From: Macrostomum lignano
Taxonomy: Eukaryota
DNA length: 64,000 nt
Direction of reading: 5' to 3'
NCBI GenBank assembly: GCA_002269645.1
Contig: NIVC01001688.1
Location: forward strand, 62,001-126,000
Positions 51,801-63,200 of this stretch are shown one piece after another. A model generated the notes under the pieces. The model was given only the letters and a program-made list of their open reading frames with translations, searched no databases and was not told the DNA's origin. Both the position numbers and the translations under genes were made by a program. Position 1 is the first letter of the stretch; the number at the start of each line of letters is the position of its first letter.

Positions 51801-53581
51801 TTTAATATTATTATCAGATAAAAAGAAATAGGAAACGAAGCAAAACCCCCAAAAATATAGATATATTTAGGAACCTCTTTCTATTTAACTCGCATTAGCA
51901 GAAAATCTTCATTCAATTATTTTTTAGCAACGATTTTCGCAAGATCCTCCTTAGCTAGACTGTAATGGCACAATGTACATAGGGCAGGGGCTGTCTGTTT
52001 AGCTGGCTGAAAAACAAACAACCCCCCTCTATGTCCATCACTTCACTCTATCCCTTGAAACGTGTACTCGTACATCAACCAAGCAATGTACATTTAGTCC
52101 GCCGAAATAGTCTAATGATGATAACAACTCTTCTCTCCCCTCTCCCACTATTCTTGTAGTCTGCATACACTCTGCATTGTACATCAACCCACCGAAGCAT
52201 GTACAAGCAAAACTAGATAGTGGGGAGAGGGGAGAGAAGAGTTGTTATCATCATAGACTATTTCGGCGGACTAAATGTACATTGCTTGGTGTACATGTAC
52301 ACATGGCAAGGGGTAGACGTAGAGTGAGGGGACGGAAATAGGGGGGTTGTTTAATATCTATCTTATCAAGCCAACTCAACCAGCCCCACGGTCCCATGTA
52401 CAATTGTATATAAACCCAGCCATGCGCAAGCGAAACTCACAGATAACGAAGGCAGTGGTGAAAGTGCCGGCCGTGCAGGCTCCAACCAAAAATCGGCAGG
52501 CGATGTGGATGCCCAGGACAGGAATCAGAGCGGCCAATAGGCCGAATACCGCTTGGCCAACCGCTGTGATGGCCACCGTTTTGATGCGCCCGATTCTGAT
52601 GGATCCAATATCAAGAGAAATTACTGTGTAACGCATCAGCAACAAATTTAGGCTGGTTTATTAAAATTAACGTTACATTAACTTTAATTAAACGAGTGTC
52701 TAAATCAGTTTGATAACATTTGAAGGTTGTTGAATATTTAGCAATACTGAATTCGAGTTCGATGTAATCTACCAAACAAAAGTAAACGATAAGTTATGCA
52801 AAAGACGAAAGAACAGAGAACAGTGTGACAGGTGCGACAGATCGCGCACAACATTAATAGAATTTCAGACAGTTCAGTTACTTATGATCAATTTTGTTTT
52901 ACTGAAGTGATTAATAAATGGTTTCGACTAATTCAACGTTGACTAAGGCTTTGGAACGGAAAGTCAGTAAGTAGTACAGTACAATCGACCCCAGTACTTT
53001 CTTACCTGTCGGACACCAGGCCGCTTAGGGTGCACCCCAGGAGGAAGCCGGACATGTAGATCGAGGTGATCATCTTGACGGCGAACGAGCGTTTGCAGAC
53101 CAGATTGAACTGGGGAAGGCGGAACAGAGACCAGTGTTGGTCAGTTGGCAATGAACAGGCTCAATGGCTCCGAAAATCTCACCTGTGATCCCACCGTAGA
53201 GTAGATTGAAGTCCGGTCATATTCCCATTCCTGGCAGTCCAGCAGCATCCGCTTGGCCGAGGAATTGCCACCGGCGCCATCGTCGGTTGAGTAGCCGACA
53301 GTGGACCCGTTGCTGAGCAGCAGGTCGATGTCCGCGAACCGGCGGCATCGCTCGAAGGAGCCGTCGCTACCCAGCGGGATGCTGATGTTCTTGCGAGTCT
53401 CCACGGGCAGGTGCTCCAGCTGGGCCACGCGGCACCAGTGCTCCTGGGAGGCGCCGGTGAACACCGAGGACAAGTTCTGCTCACCAGTCGGGATGCCGCA
53501 AATCCCAATGAGGATGTAGAGCAGAATCTGGGCCTTGCCGAATTCGCCAATGCGGCGAAGGACATTGTCGAAATTGACCAT
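48862..53581 (-). CDS. SLC22: SLC22 organic cation/anion transporter (MFS), 10 exons, ~554 aa
   Basis: complement(join(48862..48901,48991..49127,49350..49531,49869..50077,50391..50521,50610..50748,51514..51682,52441..52595,53006..53109,53183..53581)) = 1665 nt; all introns GT-AG with consistent phases. Motifs [68 protein letters not shown]. The last 40-nt exon is the least certain. Confidence 0.93.
49572..49851. repeat. 20-bp minisatellite (CTGCCGAATCCCTCAGACCC)n filling SLC22 intron 7
   Basis: About 14 copies. Confidence 0.97.
50088..50385. repeat. 20-bp minisatellite (AGACTGATGCAGGGAGGGTG)n filling SLC22 intron 6
   Basis: About 15 copies, ending 5 nt from the donor site. Confidence 0.97.
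50760..51340. repeat. Compound ~28-bp and ~46-bp array in SLC22 intron 4
   Basis: GGTGGCTGAGTTGCTGAGTGAGCTGGCTAAGTAAGTGACTGAGTGA-like units. Confidence 0.92.
51974..52402. mobile_element. ~430-bp foldback/palindrome, MITE-like, in SLC22 intron 3
   Basis: Arms 52078-52151 and 52217-52290 are reverse complements differing by two 1-nt indels; degenerate inverted similarity extends outward to about 51974 and 52402. No TSD or superfamily assigned. Confidence 0.6.
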
Positions 53582-53683
53582 TTCAAACCTGACTAAAGAG
53601 GGTCTCGTAGATAGGGGCTGTTGTTTGTCCTGACAATTGGCAAGGGAGTTGCGAGCGATTTTGCTGGTTCAAGCCGGCTAGCT

Positions 53684-53750
53684 GGATTTAAATAGGTCAG
53701 GCAAAGCGCCTGGCAACAACTTGACTGGCTGCCTGTGCTGGTCGCCCAAT
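53684..53750 (-). promoter_or_regulatory. Putative SLC22 proximal promoter (TATA-like and CCAAT)
   Basis: Minus-strand TATTTAAA about 105 nt upstream of the ATG; CCAAT at 53746-53750; an AG acceptor-like site 7 nt before the ATG (53589-53590). Confidence 0.4.
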
Positions 53751-55179
53751 CAGGACAGTCCTGGCTGCTCTCCAGCTGCTCAGAATAATCTTTTCTACGA
53801 GAAATTTAATTTTCTTGCTTGCCTGTTCGTTAACCAAAGTTGCTGCTGTCCTTGATATGTTTAATCGGCAATTAAGGTTTGTCAGGCGAAAATGCTTAAG
53901 TAGTCATATGAAACTAGTTCGCTAAGAGCTGCCTACCAAGTGCAGTTGGCTATTCGAATGACACTTTACTGGCATTAATAAGCGCACAACACAATGAGAA
54001 GGCAGGCAAATTTAAACAAATTGAAACTGACCCCAACTGAGTTTTAAAAAAATCGAGGCCGGGGGGGCGGTCCCAGCCGAGCTGCCCCCCCCCCCGCCAA
54101 TGAGTTTAGATAATGAAGAGAATGAGTTTGTGGCGAAAAAATTCCAGGTCCAGGGCGCGTGGAAAAAGATAGAAAAAGCAGGTAAAATTGTACAGAAAGT
54201 CCCAGCCAGGGGCTTTAGCAGCACGGCTCTGCTGTGTGAGGCAGTCTAGCGGCTCGCCTTGAAGGCGATGGCGAGACAATGCGACCTCCATTGTGCACCC
54301 TCTTGCTATTCTCCGATGAGCTGGGCCCCTAGCAGCTATTTAACAATTGAGCATCTTAGGTCTTGCGTGCTATGCGAACTGCCCCCCCCCTCACCCCGAG
54401 TCATCGGCTCACTTGAGAGTGGAAAAATCCCAACACCTGCTGGTGACCTTTTTGGTCTCTTGGGGTAGTCAACGGGGCGATTCCAGGAAAGTTGTGCAAA
54501 GAAATTGCCTGCAGCAGCAACTGCGAACTCAGACTGAAACGGATCAAACCCCCCCCCCCCAGTCTGCGGTCGAGCGCGACTCTGCAACATGAATAGCGAC
54601 TTGAAATAATAACTCAGTTGGACCTGCCAATCAACAGAGAGTCAGCGGGTGGGTGCGGACTGAGTCCTGCTCATTCTGGTCTGAACAGTGCCCCTTCTCC
54701 GCAGCAACATTGGGAGAGGCCAGCTCAAACTGGATCAATATAGAAAGTTCCCTAAAAGCAGAGTGTAGCGCTAAGAATGGGGAAGGATATTATTCCCTCA
54801 CGTGGTTTCCGCTTGGCTCCACTCAAAAAAGACAAAAGAATAAGAAGAGCTTTTGTCAATTTTGATGCCAATTCTTTTAGCAAACGCCAGCGGCCAGGGC
54901 GCCGGTTTGAGGAGATTAACCAACCGCACGCGATGCCGCCCAGACCGTCAAGGCGTTTCTGGTTCTCTGGTTAAATTCATGCAGTCGGTGCACTTCTAGA
55001 ATCCGGTTTCCGCGATCACTGCAACTGGCACGGCCCCTGAGCACTCAGCACTTTATTCTCATGTTCTAGTTTTCCAGGAAGCGCATGATCCAGCACAGTG
55101 ACTGACAAGTGGAGACTTTTTAACTGCTGCCTTTGAACTGGACTGCATTGCAATCCTTTCTCTTTATATTTTCACGGCG

Positions 55180-55333
55180 TTGGCTAGATCAGCAATCCAT
55201 TCTATTCCTTCATCATTGATGCTGGCTGGATTAGCAATCCATTCTATTCTTTTATTTGTGATGTTGGCTGGATTAGCAATCCATTCTATTCTTTTATTTG
55301 TGATGTTGGCTAGATTAGCAATCCATTCTATTC
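55180..55333. repeat. Short inverted copy (~3.7 units) of the 42-bp satellite
   Basis: TTGGCTAGATTAGCAATCCATTCTATTCCTTCATC is the reverse complement of the 45064-47240 unit. Confidence 0.92.
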
Positions 55334-55857
55334 TCAGCAAGCGCAGATCACAATGCAGTCAGTCGCATGCAGTGCAGTGAGAGCAGCGCCCCTGCTTATC
55401 TCTATTGTTAATCTCTGGCAGCATTTTTACAAGCGTGAGCTTTGGCACCTGGTTCACTGTCATTAAGAGACAGCCCGCTCTCAACACCTGGCATTATCAG
55501 CAGACCTTGATTTATTCCGCTGACAAGCAACGGAAAAGATTCAGTAGCTGAAAAAACACAGGTAAAAAGGTGGCGGAAAACGGGTCGCACAGAGACCTGT
55601 CATGAGGTGTTTTATTAGGAGCAGGAAAGCACTGATAAAGAAGTTTTATAGTGCCAACACAAGCACCTGACGCAGTAGATAGACTGCAAAAAGGGTGTAA
55701 AATAAGATAATCTATCTGCTAATTTGCTTGACCCTTTTTTCAGAACTAAATTTGGCCGACCTTTCGAACTTTTGAATTGGCTCGAAAACTGCAACTTCAT
55801 TCAATACGGAATCCAGGGCTCACCCGCGGGGTCAGCACAGTGAATCAGATATTTCGG

Positions 55858-57240
55858 GGTCAGGGATGGGACAGTGGGATCAGAGATGGGATAGTGGGAT
55901 CAGGGATGGGACAGTGGGATTAGGTATAGGACAGTGGGATCAGGGATGGGACAGTGGGGTCAAGGATGGGACAGTGGGTTCAGGGATGGGACAGTGGGAT
56001 TAGGTATAGGACAGTGGGATCAGGGATGGGACAGTGGGTTCAGGGATGGGACAGTGGGTTCAGGGATGGGACAGTGGGATCAGGGATGGGACAGTGGGTT
56101 CAGGGATGGGACAGTGGGTTAGGGATAGGACAGTGGGATCAGGGATGGGACAGTGGGATCAGAGATGGGACAGTGGGATTAGGGATGGGACAGTGGGGTC
56201 AGGGATGGGACAGTGGGATCAGAGATGGGACAATGGGATCAGGGATGGGACAGTGGGTTCAGGGATGGGACAGTGGGATTAGGGATAGGACAGTGGGATC
56301 AGGGATGGGACAGTGGGATCAGAGATGGGACAGTGGGATTAGGGATGGGACAGTGGGGTCAGGGATGGGACAGAGGGATCAGAGATGGGACAATGGGATC
56401 AGGGATGGGACAGTGGGATCAGAGATGGTACAATGGGATCAGGGATGGGACAGTGGGGTCAGGGATGGGACAGTGGGATCAGAGATGGTACAATGGGATC
56501 AGGGATGGGACAGTGGGATCAGAGATGGTACAATGGGATCAGGGATGGGATAGTGGGGTCAGGGATGGGACAGTGGGATCAGAGATGGTACAATGGGATC
56601 AGGGATGGGACAGTGGGGTCAGGGATGGGACAGTGGGATCAGAGATGGTACAATGGGATCAGGGATGGGACAGTGGGATCAGAGATGGTACAATGGGATC
56701 AGGGATGGGATAGTGGGGTCAGGGATCGGATAGTGGGGTTAGGGATGGGACAGTGGGGTCAGGGATGGGACAGAGGGATCAGAGATGGGACAATGGGATC
56801 AGGGATGGGACAGTGGGATCAGAGATGGTACAATGGGATCAGGGATGGGACAGTGGGGTCAGGGATGGGACAGTGGGATCAGAGATGGTACAATGGGATC
56901 AGGGATGGGACAGTGGGATCAGAGATGGTACAATGGGATCAGGGATGGGATAGTGGGGTCAGGGATCGGATAGTGGGGTTAGGGATGGGACAGTGGGGTC
57001 AGGGATGGGACAGAGGATCAGAGATGGGACAATGGGATCAGGGATAGTACAATGGGATCAGGGATGGGACGGAGGGATCAGAGATGGTACAATGGGGTCA
57101 GGGATGGGACAGTGGGGTCAGGGATGGTACAATGGGATCAGGGATGGGATAGTGGGGTCAGGGATCGGATAGTGGGGTTAGGGATGGGATCGGATAGTGG
57201 GGTTAGGGATGGGATCGGATAGTGGGGTCAGGGATCGGAT
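55858..57240. repeat. 20-bp G-rich minisatellite (CAGGGATGGGACAGTGGGAT)n
   Basis: About 68 copies. Confidence 0.96.
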
Positions 57241-57829
57241 TGTGGTGGGATTTCGGCAAGTAAACAAAGCGGCAGAAGAGCCCTAATGCAAAGAGCAGTT
57301 AAGGTTTACAGGAACTCACGAGTAAGAAGTATGTATGCAGAGTATATTTGTGCATTCAGATATCACGGCCATCTCAATAAAATCTAAAGTGACGTTACTT
57401 TGATTCAACTTGAACCAGAAGAAATTTTCACTAAACAGCCTGATGAACAAAGACAAATGAAATGAAATTCTTATAAAAAATCTCAGACAACACAAAACAG
57501 TTGCATTAAACAATCGACAAGAACAGCTGACAGATAAATAAGGTTAACAGAAATGCAGCGCACACGGACACGGCTGGACTATGTAAGTACGAAGCTGACT
57601 AGTAAACTTGTCAGCTGGGAATCACAGAGAAGAAACAACAGGAAAAAATGAACACCAAAAGACCAAAAAAGCGGCACGATAAATAATGAAAAAACACGGG
57701 ACAAGATGAGCACACTGCTTGGCATTCGGTCTGATTGCGAAACTTTGCGCTGGACATGGCAGCTGCTTCATGCCTCATCTCACTCCCTCCTGGCCCTCTC
57801 CCTCCTTACTATTCTATTCAACGTTACCC

Positions 57830-59222
57830 TCTCTCTCTCTTTCCCCTCTCTATCTTTCCCCTCTCTCTCTATCTTTCCCCTCTCTATCTTTCCCCTCTCT
57901 CTCTCTTTCCCCTCTCTCTATCTTTCCCCTCTCTCTCTCTCCTTCCCCTCTCTCTCTCTCTTTCCCCTCTCTCTCTCTTTCCCCCTCTCTCTCTCTTTCC
58001 CCTCTCTATCTTTCCCCTCTCTCTCTCTTTCCCCCTCTCTCTCTTTCCCCTCTCTATCTTTCCCCTCTCTCTCTCTTTCCCCCTCTCTCTCTCTTTCCCC
58101 TCTCTATCTTTCCCCTCTCTCTCTCTTTCCCCCTCTCTCTCTCTTTCCCCTCTCTATCTTTCCCCTCTCTTTCTCTTTCCCCCCTCTCTCTCTCTTTCCC
58201 CTCTCTATCTCTCCCCTCTCTCTCTCTTTCCCCCCTCTCTCTCTCTTTCCCCTCTCTATCTTTCCCCTCTCTCTATCTTTCCCCTCTCTCTCTCTCCTTC
58301 CCCTCTCTCTCTCTCTTTCCCCTCTCTCTCTCTTTCCCCCTCTCTCTCTCTTTCCCCTCTCTATCTTTCCCCTCTCTCTCTCTTTCCCCCTCTCTCTCTC
58401 TTTCCCCTCTCTATCTTTCCCCTCTCTCTCTCTTTCCCCCTCTCTCTCTCTTTCCCCTCTCTATCTTTCCCCTCTCTCTCTCTTTCCCCCTCTCTCTCTC
58501 TTTCCCCTCTCTATCTTTCCCCTCTCTTTCTCTTTCCCCCCTCTCTCTCTCTTTCCCCTCTCTATCTCTCCCCTCTCTCTCTCTTTCCCCCCTCTCTCTC
58601 TCTTTCCCCTCTCTATCTTTCCCCTCTCTCTCTCTTTCCCCCTCTCTCTCTCTCTTTCCCCTCTCTATCTTTCCCCTCTCTCTCTCTTTCCCCCCTCTCT
58701 CTCTCTTTCCCCTCTCTATCTTTCCCCTCTCTCTCTCTTTCCCCTCTCTCTATCTTTCCCCTCTCTCTCTCCTTCCCCTCTCTCTCTCTTTCCCCCCTCT
58801 CTCTCTCTTTCCCCTCTCTATCTTTCCCCTCTCTCTCTCTTTCCCCTCTCTATCTTTCCCATCTCTCTCTCTTTCCCCCCTCTCTCTCTCTTTCCCCTCT
58901 CTATCTTTCCCCTCTCTCTTTCCCCCCCCCTCTCTCTCTTTCCCCCCTCTCTCTCTTTCCCCTCTCTATCTTTCCCCTCTCTCTCTCTTTCCCCCCTCTC
59001 TCTCTCTTTCCCCTCTCTATCTTTCCCCTCTCTCTCTCTTTCCCCTCTCTCTCTCCTTCCCCTCTCTCTCTCTTTCCCCTCTCTCTCTTTCCCCTCTCTC
59101 TTTCCCCTCTTTCTTTCCCCTCTCTCTCTCTTTCCCCCCTCTCTCCCTCTTTCCCCTCTCTCCCTCTTTCTCCTCTCTCCCTCTTTCTCCTCTCTCCCTC
59201 TTTCTCCTCTCTCCCTCTTACT
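57830..59222. repeat. Polypyrimidine array (CTCTCTCTCTTTCCCCT-like)
   Basis: Direct inspection. Confidence 0.96.
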
Positions 59223-59569
59223 CTCCCTTAAAGTCACCTTACTATCTCTCATACTTTTCTTCTCCCTATCTTTCCTTCATCTCATTTGCCGGAATCCACT
59301 TTAGAATAATCAATAGTATTATTGGCAGTCATACACACGCGAACGCACACAGACACAACGATACATAGGAACATATACATGATCTATACTGACTGTGCTA
59401 TGGCAAGAACTACAGGTAAATGATGGCATGCGCGTAATGAGCGGCCTAAATTCCTGTTAATAAATTAACTGCTACTTGGATTTGCTATCAATCTGAGAGC
59501 TCGGATAAAGAGCCACAGAGACGGGAATGCCAACATAGATAGACTCAAGCAAAATGGGGACAGAGAATA

Positions 59570-60238
59570 AGTGACAGACTCTGGGGACAGGGACACATGG
59601 ACAGACTCTGCGGACAGGGACACATGGACAGACTCTGGGGACAGGGACACATGGACAGACTCTGCGGACAGGGACACATGGACAGACTCTGGAAACAAAG
59701 ATACGGACAAAGATTTCGGGAACAAAAACACCTGGACAGACTCTGGGAACAGACAGGGACAGACTCTGGGGACAGAGACACACGGAAAAAAAAACTCTGG
59801 GAACAAAGACACACGGACAAAGACTCTGGGAACAAAGAGACACGGACAAAGACTCTGGGAACAAAGACACACGGACAAAGATTCTGAGAACAAAGACTCT
59901 GAGAACAAAGACACACAGACAAAGACTATGGGAACAAAGACGCGGACAAAGACTATGGGAACAAAGACGCGGAGAAAGACTATGGGAACAAAGACGCGGA
60001 CAAAGACTATGGGAACAAAGACGCGGACAAAGACTATGGGAACAAAGACGCGGACAAAGACTATGGGAACAAAGACGCGGACAAAGACTATGGGAACAAA
60101 GACGCAGACAAAGACTATGGGAACAAAGACGCGGACAAAGACTATGGTAACAAAGACGCGGGCAAAGACTATGGGAACAAAGACGCGGACAAAGACTATG
60201 GGAACAAAGACGCGGACAAAGACTATGAGAACAAAGAC
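59570..60238. repeat. Compound 30-bp/27-bp array (GGACAAAGACTATGGGAACAAAGACGC)n abutting the KIAA0930 stop
   Basis: Array reaches within about 3 nt of TGA 60241. Confidence 0.94.
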
Positions 60239-60240
60239 AC

Positions 60241-63200
60241 TCAGCCAGCGGGCAGGTCAAACGCCAGCACTGGCTGCTGCCGGGTGTCCAGCAAGTCGGC
60301 CACAATGCGGTGCCATGGCAGCGACACGTAAGTGAGGCATGCGCTCAGCGACACGGAGCCGGCACGCCGCCGCTCCTTGAACCAGTGCCACGCCTGCCCG
60401 AACGACTTGCCGATCTGCCAGACACCGCCGCTGCCACCGCCGGCAGCTCCGCCGTCGTCAGCCGCTGGCTCGGCGGCCTCGCCGTCGCCGTCTTCGTCGC
60501 CAAATTCTTCTTCGATGTCGCGGGCCTCGACTTCGCTGCTGGCTGGCCGAAATCGGGCCCGTCGGGAGCGCCGGACTGCGGGGGGCACCTCGCCGCCGCC
60601 GCCGCCTCCCGTCGAGTCGATATTGGCGGAGTCCGAGCGCGACTTCTTCATCCCGCCGCCGCGGAAGCCGCCGACGCCGCCGACTCCCCCCGACAGTCGC
60701 CGCTCCCGCCTGGACTCCCGCTGAGAGGCGCCGTCTTCACCGACTGGCGCCGGCGCCGCCGTCACGGCGACCTCGGCGTGGCCCTTGCCGTGCGGCCCGC
60801 GCATCCGCAGGAACTCCACCCGGCGCCGGCCAACCGAGGCAGAGGAAGCGGCCGAGACTGACCGGAATAGCCAGCCGGACGGCGCCTGACCGCCGGCCGG
60901 GGCGGACGAAGAGCTGCCGCCTCTGGTGCCGCCGCCAGCCCTGGCCTGGTACACCTCCAGCACCGACTCGTACCGGATGCTGCCCAGGAACAGAACTCCC
61001 TGATTGGCGAGGCAATTTCAGTTTTTTAGATTTATGACCCAGTGTGCTGTACCACTCTGTTTAGACTCGCACACCTGCTTCTCCGCTCCTGTCTCTATGA
61101 GTACTCCTGTCTCTCCGCTCCTCTCCGCTCCTGTCTCTATGAGAACTCCTGTCTCTCCGCTCCTCTCCGCTCCTGTCTCTATCTACATGCATGTACCTAC
61201 CTACTTCTCCCAATCTCTACCTACTTCTCCCAGTCCCCATACCTACTTCTCCCAGTCCCCATACCTACTTCTCCCAGTCCCCATACCTACTTCTCTTAGT
61301 CCCCATACCTACTTCTCCCAGTCCCCATACCTACTTCTCTTAGTCCCCATACCTACTTCTCCCCACCAATCGCACCTGCAGGCGTCCCCGCCGGTCGCAG
61401 GCCACCAGCTCAACGCAGAGCAGCTCGGAGTCCCTAACAACACAGTCGGCGAATAGCTCATCATAGTTGTGCACGCTGAAGAAGATGTTCGGGTAGGTGA
61501 TCTCCTCCCTGCAGGCCTTGCCGTCCATGCAGTGCCGGCTGGGACTGGCGAACACCCGGCTGGTGAACCGGCGCAGGATCTGCAGCTCCCGGGCCCCGGT
61601 GCGAGTGCACACGGCGCAGGTCACGGTGTACGCGAACTGCTGCATGATCAGGTTCAGGTACACGCTCTCCTCCAGGTCTATCAGCTGATCGGCCAGGATC
61701 AGTCTGTAGTTGTGCTTGTGCTTGCGGTGCACCTGAGGGGATTTGGGAATGGTAAGGTACTTAGCTCACGCTTCTCTCGTTGGGATTGGCTGTCATGAGA
61801 ATCTCATTGTGGCACTGAGATCTGTTTCTCATGAGAATCTCACTGTCCCTGTGACACTGAGATCTGTTTCTCATGAGAATCTCACTGTCCCTGTGACACT
61901 GAGATGTTTTTCATGAGAATCTCACTGCACTGAGATCTGCTTCTCATGAGAATCTCACGGCACTGAGATCTGTTTCTCATGAGAATCTCACTGCACTGAG
62001 ATCTGTTTCTCATGAGAATCTCACTGTCCCTGTGACACTAAGATCTATTTCTCATGAGAATCTCACGGCACTGAGATCTGTTTCTCATGAGAATCTCACG
62101 GCACTGAGATCTGTTTCTCATGAGAATCTCACTGTCCCTGTGACACTGAGATCTGTTTCTCATGAGAATCTCACAGCACTAAGATCTGTTTCTCATGAGA
62201 ATCTCACGGCACTGAGATCTGTTTCTCATGAGAATCTCACGGCACTAAGATCTGTTTCTCATGAGAATCTCACGGCACTGAGATCTGTTTCTCATGAGAA
62301 TCTCACGGCACTGAGATCTGTTCCATTCTAAACCCATCTGACTAGAAAAGTTTCCACCTGACAAATTCAGTTAGAATGTCAAAGTTCAGAAAGCATCCAA
62401 AAAATCTTTCTTGTGGCAGGCGAAGAGCGAGCTATTATTGCAACAAACTTCATCAGTTGGTACTTTATAAGAACAGCAGGTGTGAACCCAACAGTCAGGA
62501 TGGATACACAAAGTTCGACAGATGCCAAGGACATTCCTCCAGAATTTCAATCAGCACTTTGCTGCCTAAACCTCTCATCCCGACTGGTCCCAGCAACTGC
62601 TGTCAGAATAGGCAGACCAACAGACAGATACGGGCTGCAAGTCAAGACCCCCCGTGCATCAAATCTCATATCGATCATCTAAAAACAACAGCTCCAAATG
62701 CAATTGCACCTTCAACTGCACTGCGTTTACATTTCAATTCAAACTGAAGTGAAAAAATGGCAGTTGTCGATCACGTGAAAGCGCGCCAAGGAACACTTAG
62801 CGGCAGTCAATCAAGCAGTGCATGTGCTGCCAGCTGCTGTCACGTGCCCAGCCTGGGTGACCTTGACTTTTGTCGCGCACTAGGCCGGAGCCATTGTTGC
62901 ACTGTCTGACTCTGAATATGATTATGGCTATCACACTGCAGCTGTCACTCTCTGACCAGTTCTCTCTGACCAGTTCTCTCTGACCAGTTCTCTGTCTGAC
63001 CAGTTCTCTCTGACCAGTTCTCTCTGACCAGTTCTCTCTGACCAGTTCTCCCAGTTCTCTCTGACCAGTTCTCTCTGACCAGTTCTCTGTCTGACCAGTT
63101 CTCTCTGACCAGTTCTCTCTGACCAGTTCTCCCAGTTCTCTCTGACCAGTTCTCTCTGACCAGTTCTCTCTGACCAGTTCTCTCTGACCAGTTCTCTCTG

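Noticed and set aside
57706-59368. ~500-550-aa L/S/P/F ORFs in three frames
   Set aside because: A polypyrimidine tract cannot contain stop codons, so long ORFs are expected.
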